A DNA stretch of 24,608 nt from a virus (lineage: Duplodnaviria > Caudoviricetes), in the IMG/VR virus record IMGVR_UViG_3300032239_000183, positions 1 to 24,608 of that record, one strand, 5' to 3'. A model generated the notes under the pieces. That model saw only the letters and a program-made list of their open reading frames with translations. It searched no databases and had not been told where the DNA came from. Shown here piece after piece: positions 1 to 9,600 of this stretch. Numbering within the stretch: the first letter of the stretch is position 1; each line of letters starts with the position of its first letter. The translations under genes were made by a program, and so were the position numbers.

Positions 1-1
1 T

Positions 2-322
2 GAACTTAACAAGGTAGCCGCTCCTAACCTACCATTGGCTACGCTTGAGTACGACCGTCAATATATTGACCAGTTAAACAACGTGATGCGTCTGTACTTC
101 AACAGACTTGATGCTCTGACAGGACAATTTATGACCAACACGGTCATGCCGCCCTTGACTAACTACACGGTGGCTACGTTACCCAGCGCAGTTACTTCAG
201 GAAAAGGCGCAAGGTCTTTTGTTACTGATGCTTTAGCTCCAACGTTTGGGGCAACCGTTGTGACCGGCGGCGCTATTGCTGTGCCTGTATATTCAGACGG
301 AATAAATTGGAAGGTCGGATAA
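2..322 (+). CDS. 5'-partial small conserved phage virion-block protein
   Basis: Frame is open from position 2 (ELNKVAAPNLPLATLEYDRQYIDQLNNVMRLYFNRLD...), so the TTG at 35 is not the true start. The APNLPLA..EY...Y..QLNNV.RLYFN motif is one I recall from small phage structural-region proteins. Stop overlaps the next start (TAATG, 320-324). Confidence 0.75.
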   Translation, partial: ELNKVAAPNLPLATLEYDRQYIDQLNNVMRLYFNRLDALTGQFMTNTVMPPLTNYTVATLPSAVTSGKGARSFVTDALAPTFGATVVTGGAIAVPVYSDGINWKVG

Positions 323-1599
323 TGGCAAACGCATATACCGCTGAAAATGTTGCTAAGTTAGCAAAACAAATCCTCGCGCAAGGAACCACTTCTAAGTGGA
401 CGGGTGGACTTGACCCACAAAAAGCTGCGTCATATATGGCTGATGACTTAGCTAAAAGCGGCATTACGGACATCTCTCAAGTTGGTCGGGGCGAAAACGG
501 CATTGTTAATAAATTAACTGGACAACAACTGGTTTCAAATTATGGTGATCGCACGAGCGGCAATCTATGGTCGGGCTCTTACGAAGGTAAAGGCAATACG
601 GGTTTTGGTGTGCAGTTTGATGCCAAAGGCAATCCGGTCTTTTACTCACAGGGTGCGTCGTCCAATGACCTAGTTAATATGCTGGGCGATAACAAATTGC
701 TCAACGCTGCCGCACAACTTGGCGCTGCGTATTTTGGCGGCCCCGCCGGTTCTGCTGCGTTAAATGCAGCAATGGGTAAAAGTGTTGGAGACATTGCTAA
801 GTCTGCGTTGTTATCTTATGCCGGTGGTCAAGCTGCGGGCGCTGTTTCCGGCATGGAAGGCATTCAAGATATCTTGGGTAAGACTGGGACAGACCTTGCC
901 TCTAAAGCCGCTAGCAGTTTTGTCACTAATCAAGGCAAATTTGACCTTGAAAAGTTTTTGTTAAGCCAAGGATTAAACGCGGGTAAAAACGCTTTAAGTT
1001 CAGCAAATTCTTTTGGTGGTTGGGACGCAAATTCCAAAGACTTCACGGAAGGTTATTTCCTGCCCGGTGGCGAAGGCTACATTGACCCTATGTCAAAAAC
1101 TGCCGGTGTGACTGGCTCTGGTTACTATGATGAGATTACAGGTCGGTATATTAAAGATGACTTGGGTGGTTTGCAAAACCCCCTTGGCGCAAACACTGGT
1201 AACTTAGATCCCAACCAAAAGTGGGAATACAACCAGATTAGACCTAACGTATGGGCCGACAAAGACGGTAACGAGCTGGACATGAGCTACTTGCCCAACT
1301 CTCAAACAGCGTTAACAGGCGCAGATATTATGAGGAGCGCTGGTGCATTGCCCGGCGGTTCAGGTGGTACTAAAACAGATGCCGGTGGTGGTAATAAGAC
1401 TACTACGCCAGCCACATCGGGATTAGACTTGTCCAAATTGTTATCTTTGCTTGCTGCCGGTGATCAACAAACTCCTACGACAACCCCTATCCAAGATCCA
1501 TACGCCCATATAAAATCAATGGAAAACGTATTTGGGGATGACATTGCTTATAAATTAGCTTCCCTTGAAGCGGACAAAGGAAAACAAAATGGCGGATGA
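322..1599 (+). CDS. Putative internal virion/ejection-region protein, Gly/Ala/Thr-rich (425 aa)
   Basis: Long ORF; ATG at 322 is coupled to the upstream stop. Gly/Ala-rich amphipathic middle (AAAQLGAAYFGGPAGSAAL). Function inferred from position only. Confidence 0.7.
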   Translation: MANAYTAENVAKLAKQILAQGTTSKWTGGLDPQKAASYMADDLAKSGITDISQVGRGENGIVNKLTGQQLVSNYGDRTSGNLWSGSYEGKGNTGFGVQFDAKGNPVFYSQGASSNDLVNMLGDNKLLNAAAQLGAAYFGGPAGSAALNAAMGKSVGDIAKSALLSYAGGQAAGAVSGMEGIQDILGKTGTDLASKAASSFVTNQGKFDLEKFLLSQGLNAGKNALSSANSFGGWDANSKDFTEGYFLPGGEGYIDPMSKTAGVTGSGYYDEITGRYIKDDLGGLQNPLGANTGNLDPNQKWEYNQIRPNVWADKDGNELDMSYLPNSQTALTGADIMRSAGALPGGSGGTKTDAGGGNKTTTPATSGLDLSKLLSLLAAGDQQTPTTTPIQDPYAHIKSMENVFGDDIAYKLASLEADKGKQNGG

Positions 1600-4579
1600 A
1601 CTAAGCCCAACCGACTCTGGCTACGGCAAAACAATTGGAATTGGTTCCAATGCTATTACTCAAGCTGCGGACAATAGCGGTAACACATCGGCAATAGACA
1701 ATTTAACCCGTTACTCTACGGATTTTTTTGATATTAATAATCCCGTAGGAAATACAAACTTTAACTACACCATACCCGGTGCATACACTAGCACGGGGCT
1801 AACTAATACAAACGGCACAGTACTTGATACTGTAAAGAGCCTCTTTACAGACAAAGATGGCAACTTGAACCTGCAAGCGCTTGGTGCTTTAGGTGGTGGT
1901 TTGGCTGGTTTAGCGGGTGCAATGAATAAGACAACCACACCTTCAGGATATCAAGGCGGCATCCCTGAGCTTACTGCTACACGCCACATGATTCAAGCAC
2001 CGCCAACTAAAGAACAGGGGTATCGTCCCGGCGCTGGTGGCATTGACTATGGTGGCGATGTAACTTACACACGCACACCCGGTGTTGATTCTTGGGCAAA
2101 CTTAAACGGTTTTTCTGGAACATCAGCGGGCGCTAACTTAGGTGGACTTGGTAGCCTAACGCCGGGCGGTACAAGAACAATAACACCCGGCAGTACAGTC
2201 ATTCCCGGGGGTACAAAAACTGTTGTTCCCGGTAGTACAGTTGTACCTGCACGACCAATAATTCCAAACGAAACCGGGTCTGTTGAAGTTAAACCTAAAC
2301 CACCTACACCTCCTAATTTAGGTTCTACAGGATACCAAAACGCCATAAAAGCTGGCTTAACGCCCGCCCAATATTTAAACAACATCAATCAGTGGATTCT
2401 TAATAATCCTCGCGCAAGTCGCGATCAGATTGACGCTGCTTTAAAACAATATGGCGTAAGTGACACTGACCTTCAAGAAGCTTTGCGTACTACAAATTTT
2501 TCTGATTCTACTAAGTACGGTTTAACCCACGGTATGGGGTTGCAGGAAATAAACAACAACATTACCAATTGGATTGCTGCTCACCCATACGCAACCAATG
2601 ACCAAATTCAAGCAGTACAAAAACAATACGGCGTAAATGATGAAGATGTAGCCCGCGCTATGAATGGTTTAAATTCTTCAGCCGGTAAAGAGTACGCAGT
2701 TGTCCATGACATGGGTCTGGATCAGTTGTACAAAAACATTCTGGACTACCAAGCCGCAGGCCATACACCTACTGAAATTGCCAATGTAATGTCCCAGTAC
2801 GGCATTGAACAACGTGATGTTAATAACGCCAACAAATATGCTACTTCAACTGGGTACACAGCAAATCCAACTTCATATGCTGGTGTTGGTGATTACAGCA
2901 ATCTTGGTGGTGGGTCTACTGCGGCCAGTAATACCGCCGTTAGTTCTGGCGGTGGAGAATCTACCGCTGTTAATAATGCCGCTGTTAATAATGCTGTTGT
3001 CAATAATTCCACTGCCAGCTCTGGTGGAACAAACCAAGGTTTAGATACAAGTAATAGTATTTATCAATATTTTGCAAGACCTGAAACTCAAGCCGCTTTA
3101 GCGTCTGGAGATACACGCGGTATTGCCGAAACAATGCAAGCCCTTGGGTATTCGCCAGCAGATGTGGCGGCGGCTACAGGTACAAATGTTGCCGACGTTC
3201 AAGCCGCTTATGATGCGGCTTTGGGCGGTGGAACCCAGTCTTATGACCCGTACTCTGAAGCGTTTGCTGAAGGCGGTATGGCTAAAGGCCGTTATTTACA
3301 AGGCGGTACAGATGGTATGGCTGACAAAATTCCAGCGCAAATTGGAGCAAGTCAACCCGCTGCGCTTAGCCACGGCGAGTTTGTTATTCCTGCGGATGTC
3401 GTGTCTCATATGGGTAACGGCAACTCTGATGCTGGGGCCAAAAAACTTTATCAAATGATGGACAAAATTCGTATGGCACGCACAGGTACAAAGCAACAAG
3501 GCAAGAAGATCAACCCTGATAAGTTCATGCCCGGCGGTCTAGCTAACTCTAAATATGCTAGAGGTGGTTCTGTACGGCATTTTGATGCTGGAGGCGGCAT
3601 TTCAGGTGTTGGCACTGCTGCTAATGCCGGTGTTACCGGTACGGAATCCGCACTTTCTAACTGGGTAGGCCCTTACACAACCAACATGTTGGGTCAAGGT
3701 CAAGCTCTAGCTAATGCGCCTTATCAAGCATACATGGGCCCCCTTACTGCGGGTGAGTCTCCCTTGCAAACTCAGGCGTTTGGCACTGCCGCAAATTTAA
3801 CAACCCCAACAAGTATTGGCGATGCCGCTACTCAAGCGGGTAACATTTCTACTGCGGCTCAAGGGTTGAAATACACACCTAATACTTCTTCGTTTGATAC
3901 TACGCAAGCTCAAGCGTACATGAATCCGTATTTAGAGGCTTCTTTAAAACCTCAATTAGAAGAAGCTCGCCGTCAGTCCTTGATTACTCAGCAGGGTAAT
4001 GCTGCCAAAATGACTCAGGCTGGTGCTTTTGGTGGGTCTCGTCAAGCTATTCTTGATGCTGAAACTCAGCGTAACCTTGGCACTAACCTAGCTAATATTA
4101 CAGGCACTGGATACAACACTGCGTATAACAATGCGCAGACTCAGTTTAATGCTGACCAACAACGTAAGATGGCTGAAAACCAATACGGCGCTGGCTATGG
4201 ACTGCAAGGGTTGCAGACTGGCCTACAAGCTGCTCAAGCACAAGGTGTTTTGGGTGGTCAGGAAAATCAAATTGGTTTGGCAAACTTGGCGCAGCAGCTT
4301 GCTGCGGGTCAGCAACAACGTGGTATTGAGTCTGAAGGCATTGCTGCTGACAAAGCTCAGTTTGAAGAAGCTAGGGCTAACCCTTATAAAATGGTTCAGT
4401 TCCAACAGTCATTGTTGCAGGGCTTACCTACAAGCGCACAAAACATTAACATGGCTCAACCTAGCACTTTGCAACAGATCCTTGCCGGCGCTGGCGGTGT
4501 GGCTGGTATGTTCCCCACTGCAGGTACAACAGGTGCGCAAGACTTGGCAGCAGCGTTGAAAAAATTAGGTATTGGCTAA
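1589..4579 (+). CDS. Putative internal virion (DNA ejection/pilot) protein, multi-module (996 aa)
   Basis: AAGGA RBS upstream of ATG 1589. Contains 59-aa repeats, an FAEGG...SHGEFVIPADVV module and a Gln/Gly-rich C-terminal part (YMNPY...GAFGGSRQA) resembling podovirus DNA-transfer proteins. Confidence 0.7.
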   Translation: MADELSPTDSGYGKTIGIGSNAITQAADNSGNTSAIDNLTRYSTDFFDINNPVGNTNFNYTIPGAYTSTGLTNTNGTVLDTVKSLFTDKDGNLNLQALGALGGGLAGLAGAMNKTTTPSGYQGGIPELTATRHMIQAPPTKEQGYRPGAGGIDYGGDVTYTRTPGVDSWANLNGFSGTSAGANLGGLGSLTPGGTRTITPGSTVIPGGTKTVVPGSTVVPARPIIPNETGSVEVKPKPPTPPNLGSTGYQNAIKAGLTPAQYLNNINQWILNNPRASRDQIDAALKQYGVSDTDLQEALRTTNFSDSTKYGLTHGMGLQEINNNITNWIAAHPYATNDQIQAVQKQYGVNDEDVARAMNGLNSSAGKEYAVVHDMGLDQLYKNILDYQAAGHTPTEIANVMSQYGIEQRDVNNANKYATSTGYTANPTSYAGVGDYSNLGGGSTAASNTAVSSGGGESTAVNNAAVNNAVVNNSTASSGGTNQGLDTSNSIYQYFARPETQAALASGDTRGIAETMQALGYSPADVAAATGTNVADVQAAYDAALGGGTQSYDPYSEAFAEGGMAKGRYLQGGTDGMADKIPAQIGASQPAALSHGEFVIPADVVSHMGNGNSDAGAKKLYQMMDKIRMARTGTKQQGKKINPDKFMPGGLANSKYARGGSVRHFDAGGGISGVGTAANAGVTGTESALSNWVGPYTTNMLGQGQALANAPYQAYMGPLTAGESPLQTQAFGTAANLTTPTSIGDAATQAGNISTAAQGLKYTPNTSSFDTTQAQAYMNPYLEASLKPQLEEARRQSLITQQGNAAKMTQAGAFGGSRQAILDAETQRNLGTNLANITGTGYNTAYNNAQTQFNADQQRKMAENQYGAGYGLQGLQTGLQAAQAQGVLGGQENQIGLANLAQQLAAGQQQRGIESEGIAADKAQFEEARANPYKMVQFQQSLLQGLPTSAQNINMAQPSTLQQILAGAGGVAGMFPTAGTTGAQDLAAALKKLGIG
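2159..2248 (+). repeat. Degenerate 42-bp (14-aa) coding tandem repeat
   Basis: TPGGTRTITPGSTV / IPGGTKTVVPGSTV / VP. Confidence 0.7.
2354..2830 (+). repeat. 59-aa (177-bp) protein repeat, about 2.7 copies
   Basis: Units start at 2354, 2531 and 2708 and share NI..(W/Y)...(Q/E)I....QYG(V/I)...D(L/V)..A. Confidence 0.8.
2966..3010 (+). repeat. 15-bp tandem repeat x3 (AVNNA)
   Basis: gctgttaataatgcc / gctgttaataatgct / gttgtcaataattcc. Confidence 0.85.
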
Positions 4580-4591
4580 AGGAAAATAATC

Positions 4592-6628
4592 ATGACGGCT
4601 GGAATTAATCAACTTGTTGATACATACAAGGGCAACCCACAGCCCTTAAATGCAAAGGTTCAACAAGCGCAGCAGAAGCAACCGCCCGGTTCTATTCCTC
4701 CTGATCTAGAGGAAGCGATGGCGCTTCAAAAGATTGCTGAGTTACGTAACGGTGCTCAGAATCAACAAGCCATGCAAGCTGGTGGTACTCAGCCCTCCAT
4801 TATGGAAAAGCTGCGCCAAATACTTGGTATGCAACAGCAACAGATGGCTCAAGCCCCACAACAAATGGGTCAGCCTCAACAAATGGGTCAGCCCCAACAA
4901 CCTGTGATGGCGGCTCGTGGTGGAAGTATTGACCAGCTTGTATCTAACCTTGGTCGTGGCTATGCTGGCGGTGGCATTATTGCGTTTGCTAAACCTACAG
5001 AAGAAAATAATCGAAGCCAAGTTGAAGATCCAGATGAAAAAAAGGACAAAGAATACGATGATGTAAATGTACTTTCCGCTGCTGGAACAACGGCTGCTAC
5101 GCTGTCTCCCATTTATGCAAAATTACTTCAAATGTCGGCAAACGCTGCGCGACATGGACTTAAATTGCCAATGTATCCCGCTGGTACAAGCGCTACTTCA
5201 GCTATAGGGCAAACTGCAGCAACTACGGGTTTCCCCCTTGCAGTGGCTGGTGGTGGTACAGCCGCAACTTTAAAAGCTATGCAAGATCTTCAGGCTATGT
5301 CGCCTGAACAACGTCGGGCGTTAGCGGCTAATCCTATGCTTAGCGCTATGGGTGGGGACGCCGGCATAGCTGCTGCGATCCAAGAAGCAGGGGGCGATGA
5401 ACCTCGTCAAAACAAGTCTTCGTATTTTGAGCAAATTGGTAATGCTCTGGGTACTATCCCTAAAATTGCGGGTGAGGCGGGGATTGCTGGTCTTAAACAT
5501 CTTGTTAGCGCACCGGGCTATGGCTTTCAGTCTGACTTTTCTTCTACACCTAAACCTAAACCTACTGCAACGCCGTCTCCAACTGACCCCAACTTCCGCC
5601 GTCAAACTGACCCTCGCATGCTTGGAGTTTCGTCAGTTGCAGACGATGTGCCGCTTATTACCTCTGCTCCCGGTTCTAAACCTAGTAGTGGTGGTGGCGG
5701 TGGCGGTGGCGGCGGTGGTGGAATAAACACCTCACAAAAAGTTGACCCCAATAGCTTAGATGCTATAACTCGTGCGTACCTCAAGGGCGAGTTTGCTGTT
5801 AGTCCTGAAGCTGAACGTGACAAAGCTGTTGACTGGACTAAGAAAACTCTTGGCCTTGATTCGCTTCTTGCTGAGAAACAAGGTCGTATTGACTCACGCG
5901 AAAAAGCAATTGCTGCTGCTCAAGCTGCGCGTACTCCTGAATGGGTCAAGGGTCTACAGGCAGTGGGCGGTGCGCCTATTCGTGGCGGTATAGGCATGGT
6001 GTTGGCGCAAGCTGGCGCTGGCGCTACAAAAGCCCGTGAAGCTTACGCTGACCAAGACATGAAGTATGTTGAGGAATTAGATCGCCTACGCGATGTTATT
6101 ACCGATGCCAAGATTAAGGGTAACTACGAATTGGCTAAAGAAGGTATGGCGGCATACAAAGAGGTGGACGCACGTCGTCGCGCTGCTGCTCAATCTTCAG
6201 CTAGCTTACTTAACACTGATGCAAATAATGCGGCACGTATTCAACAAGCCAATATTACTGCTCAAGCAAGACGTGATTCTCAACAACAAGAGGCTAACTA
6301 CAAGCTTGAAAAACTTAAACAAGGTGAGCGTGCTCAGCAAATTAGAATTGCCCAAGTTGGTTTGACTGCTCAAAAACCTGCAATCGACGCGGCTGCAAAA
6401 GAAGCTAAGCTGCAACGAATGATATATGAAGCGTTTAAGGATAAAAATCCAGAAAAAGCCGCTACTGCTTTGGATAATGCAGAGCAAGCTCAGCATAGAA
6501 TTGATATGATCTTGGCTCCGTTATCAGGAATTGCTGGCTCTAGTGTTGCGGCTGCTCCTACAGGTTCAACATCATCTGCCTCATCTGTAGCTCCACCCGG
6601 AGCAGTTAGAGAAGTGAAGAAGTCATAA
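4592..6628 (+). CDS. Putative internal virion/ejection protein (678 aa)
   Basis: AAGGA RBS. Gln-rich N-terminus, MAARGG and YAGGGIIAFA motifs, Gly11 linker (5690-5722), helical C-terminal half. Sits directly before the giant polyvalent gene. Confidence 0.7.
   Translation: MTAGINQLVDTYKGNPQPLNAKVQQAQQKQPPGSIPPDLEEAMALQKIAELRNGAQNQQAMQAGGTQPSIMEKLRQILGMQQQQMAQAPQQMGQPQQMGQPQQPVMAARGGSIDQLVSNLGRGYAGGGIIAFAKPTEENNRSQVEDPDEKKDKEYDDVNVLSAAGTTAATLSPIYAKLLQMSANAARHGLKLPMYPAGTSATSAIGQTAATTGFPLAVAGGGTAATLKAMQDLQAMSPEQRRALAANPMLSAMGGDAGIAAAIQEAGGDEPRQNKSSYFEQIGNALGTIPKIAGEAGIAGLKHLVSAPGYGFQSDFSSTPKPKPTATPSPTDPNFRRQTDPRMLGVSSVADDVPLITSAPGSKPSSGGGGGGGGGGGINTSQKVDPNSLDAITRAYLKGEFAVSPEAERDKAVDWTKKTLGLDSLLAEKQGRIDSREKAIAAAQAARTPEWVKGLQAVGGAPIRGGIGMVLAQAGAGATKAREAYADQDMKYVEELDRLRDVITDAKIKGNYELAKEGMAAYKEVDARRRAAAQSSASLLNTDANNAARIQQANITAQARRDSQQQEANYKLEKLKQGERAQQIRIAQVGLTAQKPAIDAAAKEAKLQRMIYEAFKDKNPEKAATALDNAEQAQHRIDMILAPLSGIAGSSVAAAPTGSTSSASSVAPPGAVREVKKS
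4859..4900 (+). repeat. 18-bp tandem repeat x2.3 (QQMGQP)
   Basis: caacaaatgggtcagcct / caacaaatgggtcagccc / caacaa. Confidence 0.85.
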
Positions 6629-6629
6629 T

Positions 6630-9600
6630 ATGCCAACATACCAAGTTGATGTCGGGAACAAAACTTACGAAGTAGATGCACCGGATCCCAACACTGCTTG
6701 GCGTTGGGCTAACTCAACACACTCTACACAAGAGACTAAAGCTAAAGAACGTACTGCGGGTGAAGCGGTTACTGACGTAGGTGCTGGCCTACTGTCGGGT
6801 TTGGGTAGCCTTGGTCAATTCCCCGGTCAGCTTTACGGATTGGCTACGGGTGACTTCTCAAAAACTGGTCTCTATGGCGCTGCTCAAGAACTTGAAGAAT
6901 ACGGTAAGGGATTAAAGTCCAAAGGTCTTCAAGCAAGGGAAGCGGCTGCGCAACGTGCTGTACAAGAAGCCCAAAAGAAGGGCGAGTGGGAAGCGTTTAA
7001 AACTTCAATTGGTCAAACTGTTTCTGATCCTGCACTGCTGGCTAATTTCTTTGCTGAACAATTACCACAACAATTACCCGCTGCCCTTGCCGCTATTGGT
7101 ACTCCTGCCGCCTCTGCTGAAGTTGCTGCGCTTCGCGCTACTGCACAAAAAGCTGCTGCTGGTGTAGCTAAACAAGAAGCTGAAACTGCGGCTAAAAAAG
7201 CTGCTGTTGATTTGGGCGCAAAGTCTGCGGTAAGAACTGCCGCAGTTCAGCAAGGTGCTGACGTAGGTACAGGTACTTACGAGGCTATGTATAAGTACCT
7301 CACCGAACAACAAAAGATGGGTGAGCAAGAAGCAGCAGATGCAACCATTAATTACGCTCGTGCTGCTGGTCTTGGTGGCGCAGCTTTATCGTTACTAGCT
7401 CAGAAACTTCCCGGATCGCAAGCGTTTGAGCGTGCGTTGGCAGGTGAGAAAACAGGCATGGGTCGTATTACTGGCGCACTTGCTGGCGCTATTAAAGAAG
7501 CCCCCGGTGAGAACATTGAAGAAGTTGGTGGTCGTGCGCTGCAGAACTTGGCGATGCGTCAAGTTAATCCTAAACAAGCCCTTACTGAAGGATTTGGTGA
7601 AACAGCCGCTCAAGCTACGCTGGGTGCTGTGGGTATGGGCGGCGCGGCAGGTATTGCTAGCGGTGGTGGTAAGGCTGCTACAGAAGGTGGTACAAAGACT
7701 GCTGAAGAAGCCGATGCGCTTGATGCGATTAAACAGGGTGAGCAGACTGCGGAAGAAAAACCCCCTGAAGAACAACCTAACGCAATTAAAAAAGCGATTA
7801 AAGAACAGAAGCGTAGCCAGATCGCTAAAACAAGTACTGATCTAGAACAGCTTAACGGCATTTTGAATCAGTACAACGAGATGCTTGCAAAAGCTGAAGC
7901 GGCTGGAACAATATCAAATTCTTTTAATACAAATATTGCTACAGCAAGGAATAATCTTGCCAAACGTATTGAAGGGTTGACTACCGCAGGAGTTGCAGAT
8001 GCTACAAAACCTATCGAATCAGCAGGTGGAGAAGGCGCTGGCGTGGATCTACAATCCAATACCGGAACCAATACCCAAGGAGCTGCGACACCTCCAGCAG
8101 ATGGAGTGGTTCTTACTGAGCCGAATGCTGGAAAGCCTCCTACAGGAGCAGGAGGACAGCCCCCTGCAGTAAATGTCCAAGTAAAGGGAAGCCAAGCGCA
8201 AAACCTACGCAACAAGCGTAAGCAACAGAAAATAGATCCCGCTGATTTGCCAATTGGCGCTGAAGATCCAATTGAGCAAGAAGAACGTGAACAAGCAAAA
8301 TGGTACGGGCTTGACTACGATAGCTACATTACGCAAGCCGGCCTTGATGAAGACCGCTTTTACACAGACTTACAAGCCGCAGAAATTAAAGCTGCTGCTG
8401 GCAGATTTAAACTTGATCTTGGTGACTACGCGTCTGATGCAGGGTTTGACGACAACCGTTTCTGGAACGACGTTGACTCACTAAAAGATGCATCAAAGGA
8501 AAAAGCGCCAGCGCCTCAACGCGGTGCGTTTCAAGAGTTACCAGACAAAGCATCAATTGCAGGTCAAACCGATGAAGACCTTCAAAAGACTGTTGACGAG
8601 TTGCGCCAGCAAAAACGCGAGGGTTTATACAAGCTAAGCAAAGAAGAGCAGGAACTGTACAACGAGCAACGTCAAGCACATTCTGAAAACATTGAACAGT
8701 CCGCTAAAGAAATTGCAGAAGAGCTAATTAATGAACAAGGTAATCTCCCAGAGGCTACCGCGGAAGACATTGAAGACGACAAAGGTTTTGTTACAGAACA
8801 GTTAGGCAAGCTGCTTAAACTACCTTCGTTTAGCGATCTAACACCCTATGAGAAGGGTATCTACTTTGGTGGTCAAGCCGCAAAGTTTGGTAACAGCGTA
8901 GCAGAACATATTGATGCGACTCAGCGCTTGCTAGAGTACCGTGCCGATTTGCTTGCTGTTCAGCGTGACGCACGTAAGAAGGCTCGTAACGAAGCTAAGC
9001 GTGGCGGGGCTTCCAAGGAGTCAACAGAAGTTGCCGCTAAAGCTGCGGCAGATGAAGCTAGAAAAGATTTTGAAATACAGCACAGTTACGAGCAGAACAA
9101 ACCAAGCACGCTGCCTAACTGGAACAGCTTATCTGAAGAAAACAAACAGGTATACCGTGACACAGTACAGCAGGGTAGCCCTGCAGAACAAGAACTTGCT
9201 TTCCGTAAGATACGCAAAACAGAAACAAAGTTCTCTCAATCAGAAGCTGAAGACAAGCGTCAAAGGGAGCAGCAAGCTAATGATGACCTAGTTGCGCAAA
9301 TGCACGCCGCAACTGAGGCGATGATTGAGAATGACCCTAAGAGCCAAGGTGATGCGCTAACCGTGCAGATGATTCGTCGTTTGCAAGAGGGTGATGTTAA
9401 AGGTGTTCTTCAGTGGCTATCAGATAATGCCCGTGGTGCTAAGACTGCGCCCCTTACCCGTGTGGGCATTACCAAAGCAGAGATCAAAACGCAGAAGGTT
9501 AAGCAAGAAGAGTACTTAAAACTTGTTGCTGAGAATGAGCGTAAACGTCTGCTTGAGACTGAAGAAGATCCAGTTAGTATTGAGCGTAAGGTTAAGCAAG

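Noticed and set aside
5690-5722. GGN run as a G-quadruplex or phase-variation tract
   Set aside because: Explained by a Gly11 linker with mixed codons; triplet slippage would keep the frame.
8941-9291. 116-aa +1-frame ORF in the giant gene with an internal AAGGAG
   Set aside because: Leu/Lys/Gln shadow composition, no well-spaced ATG, and the main frame shows no codon anomaly, unlike 7999-8172.
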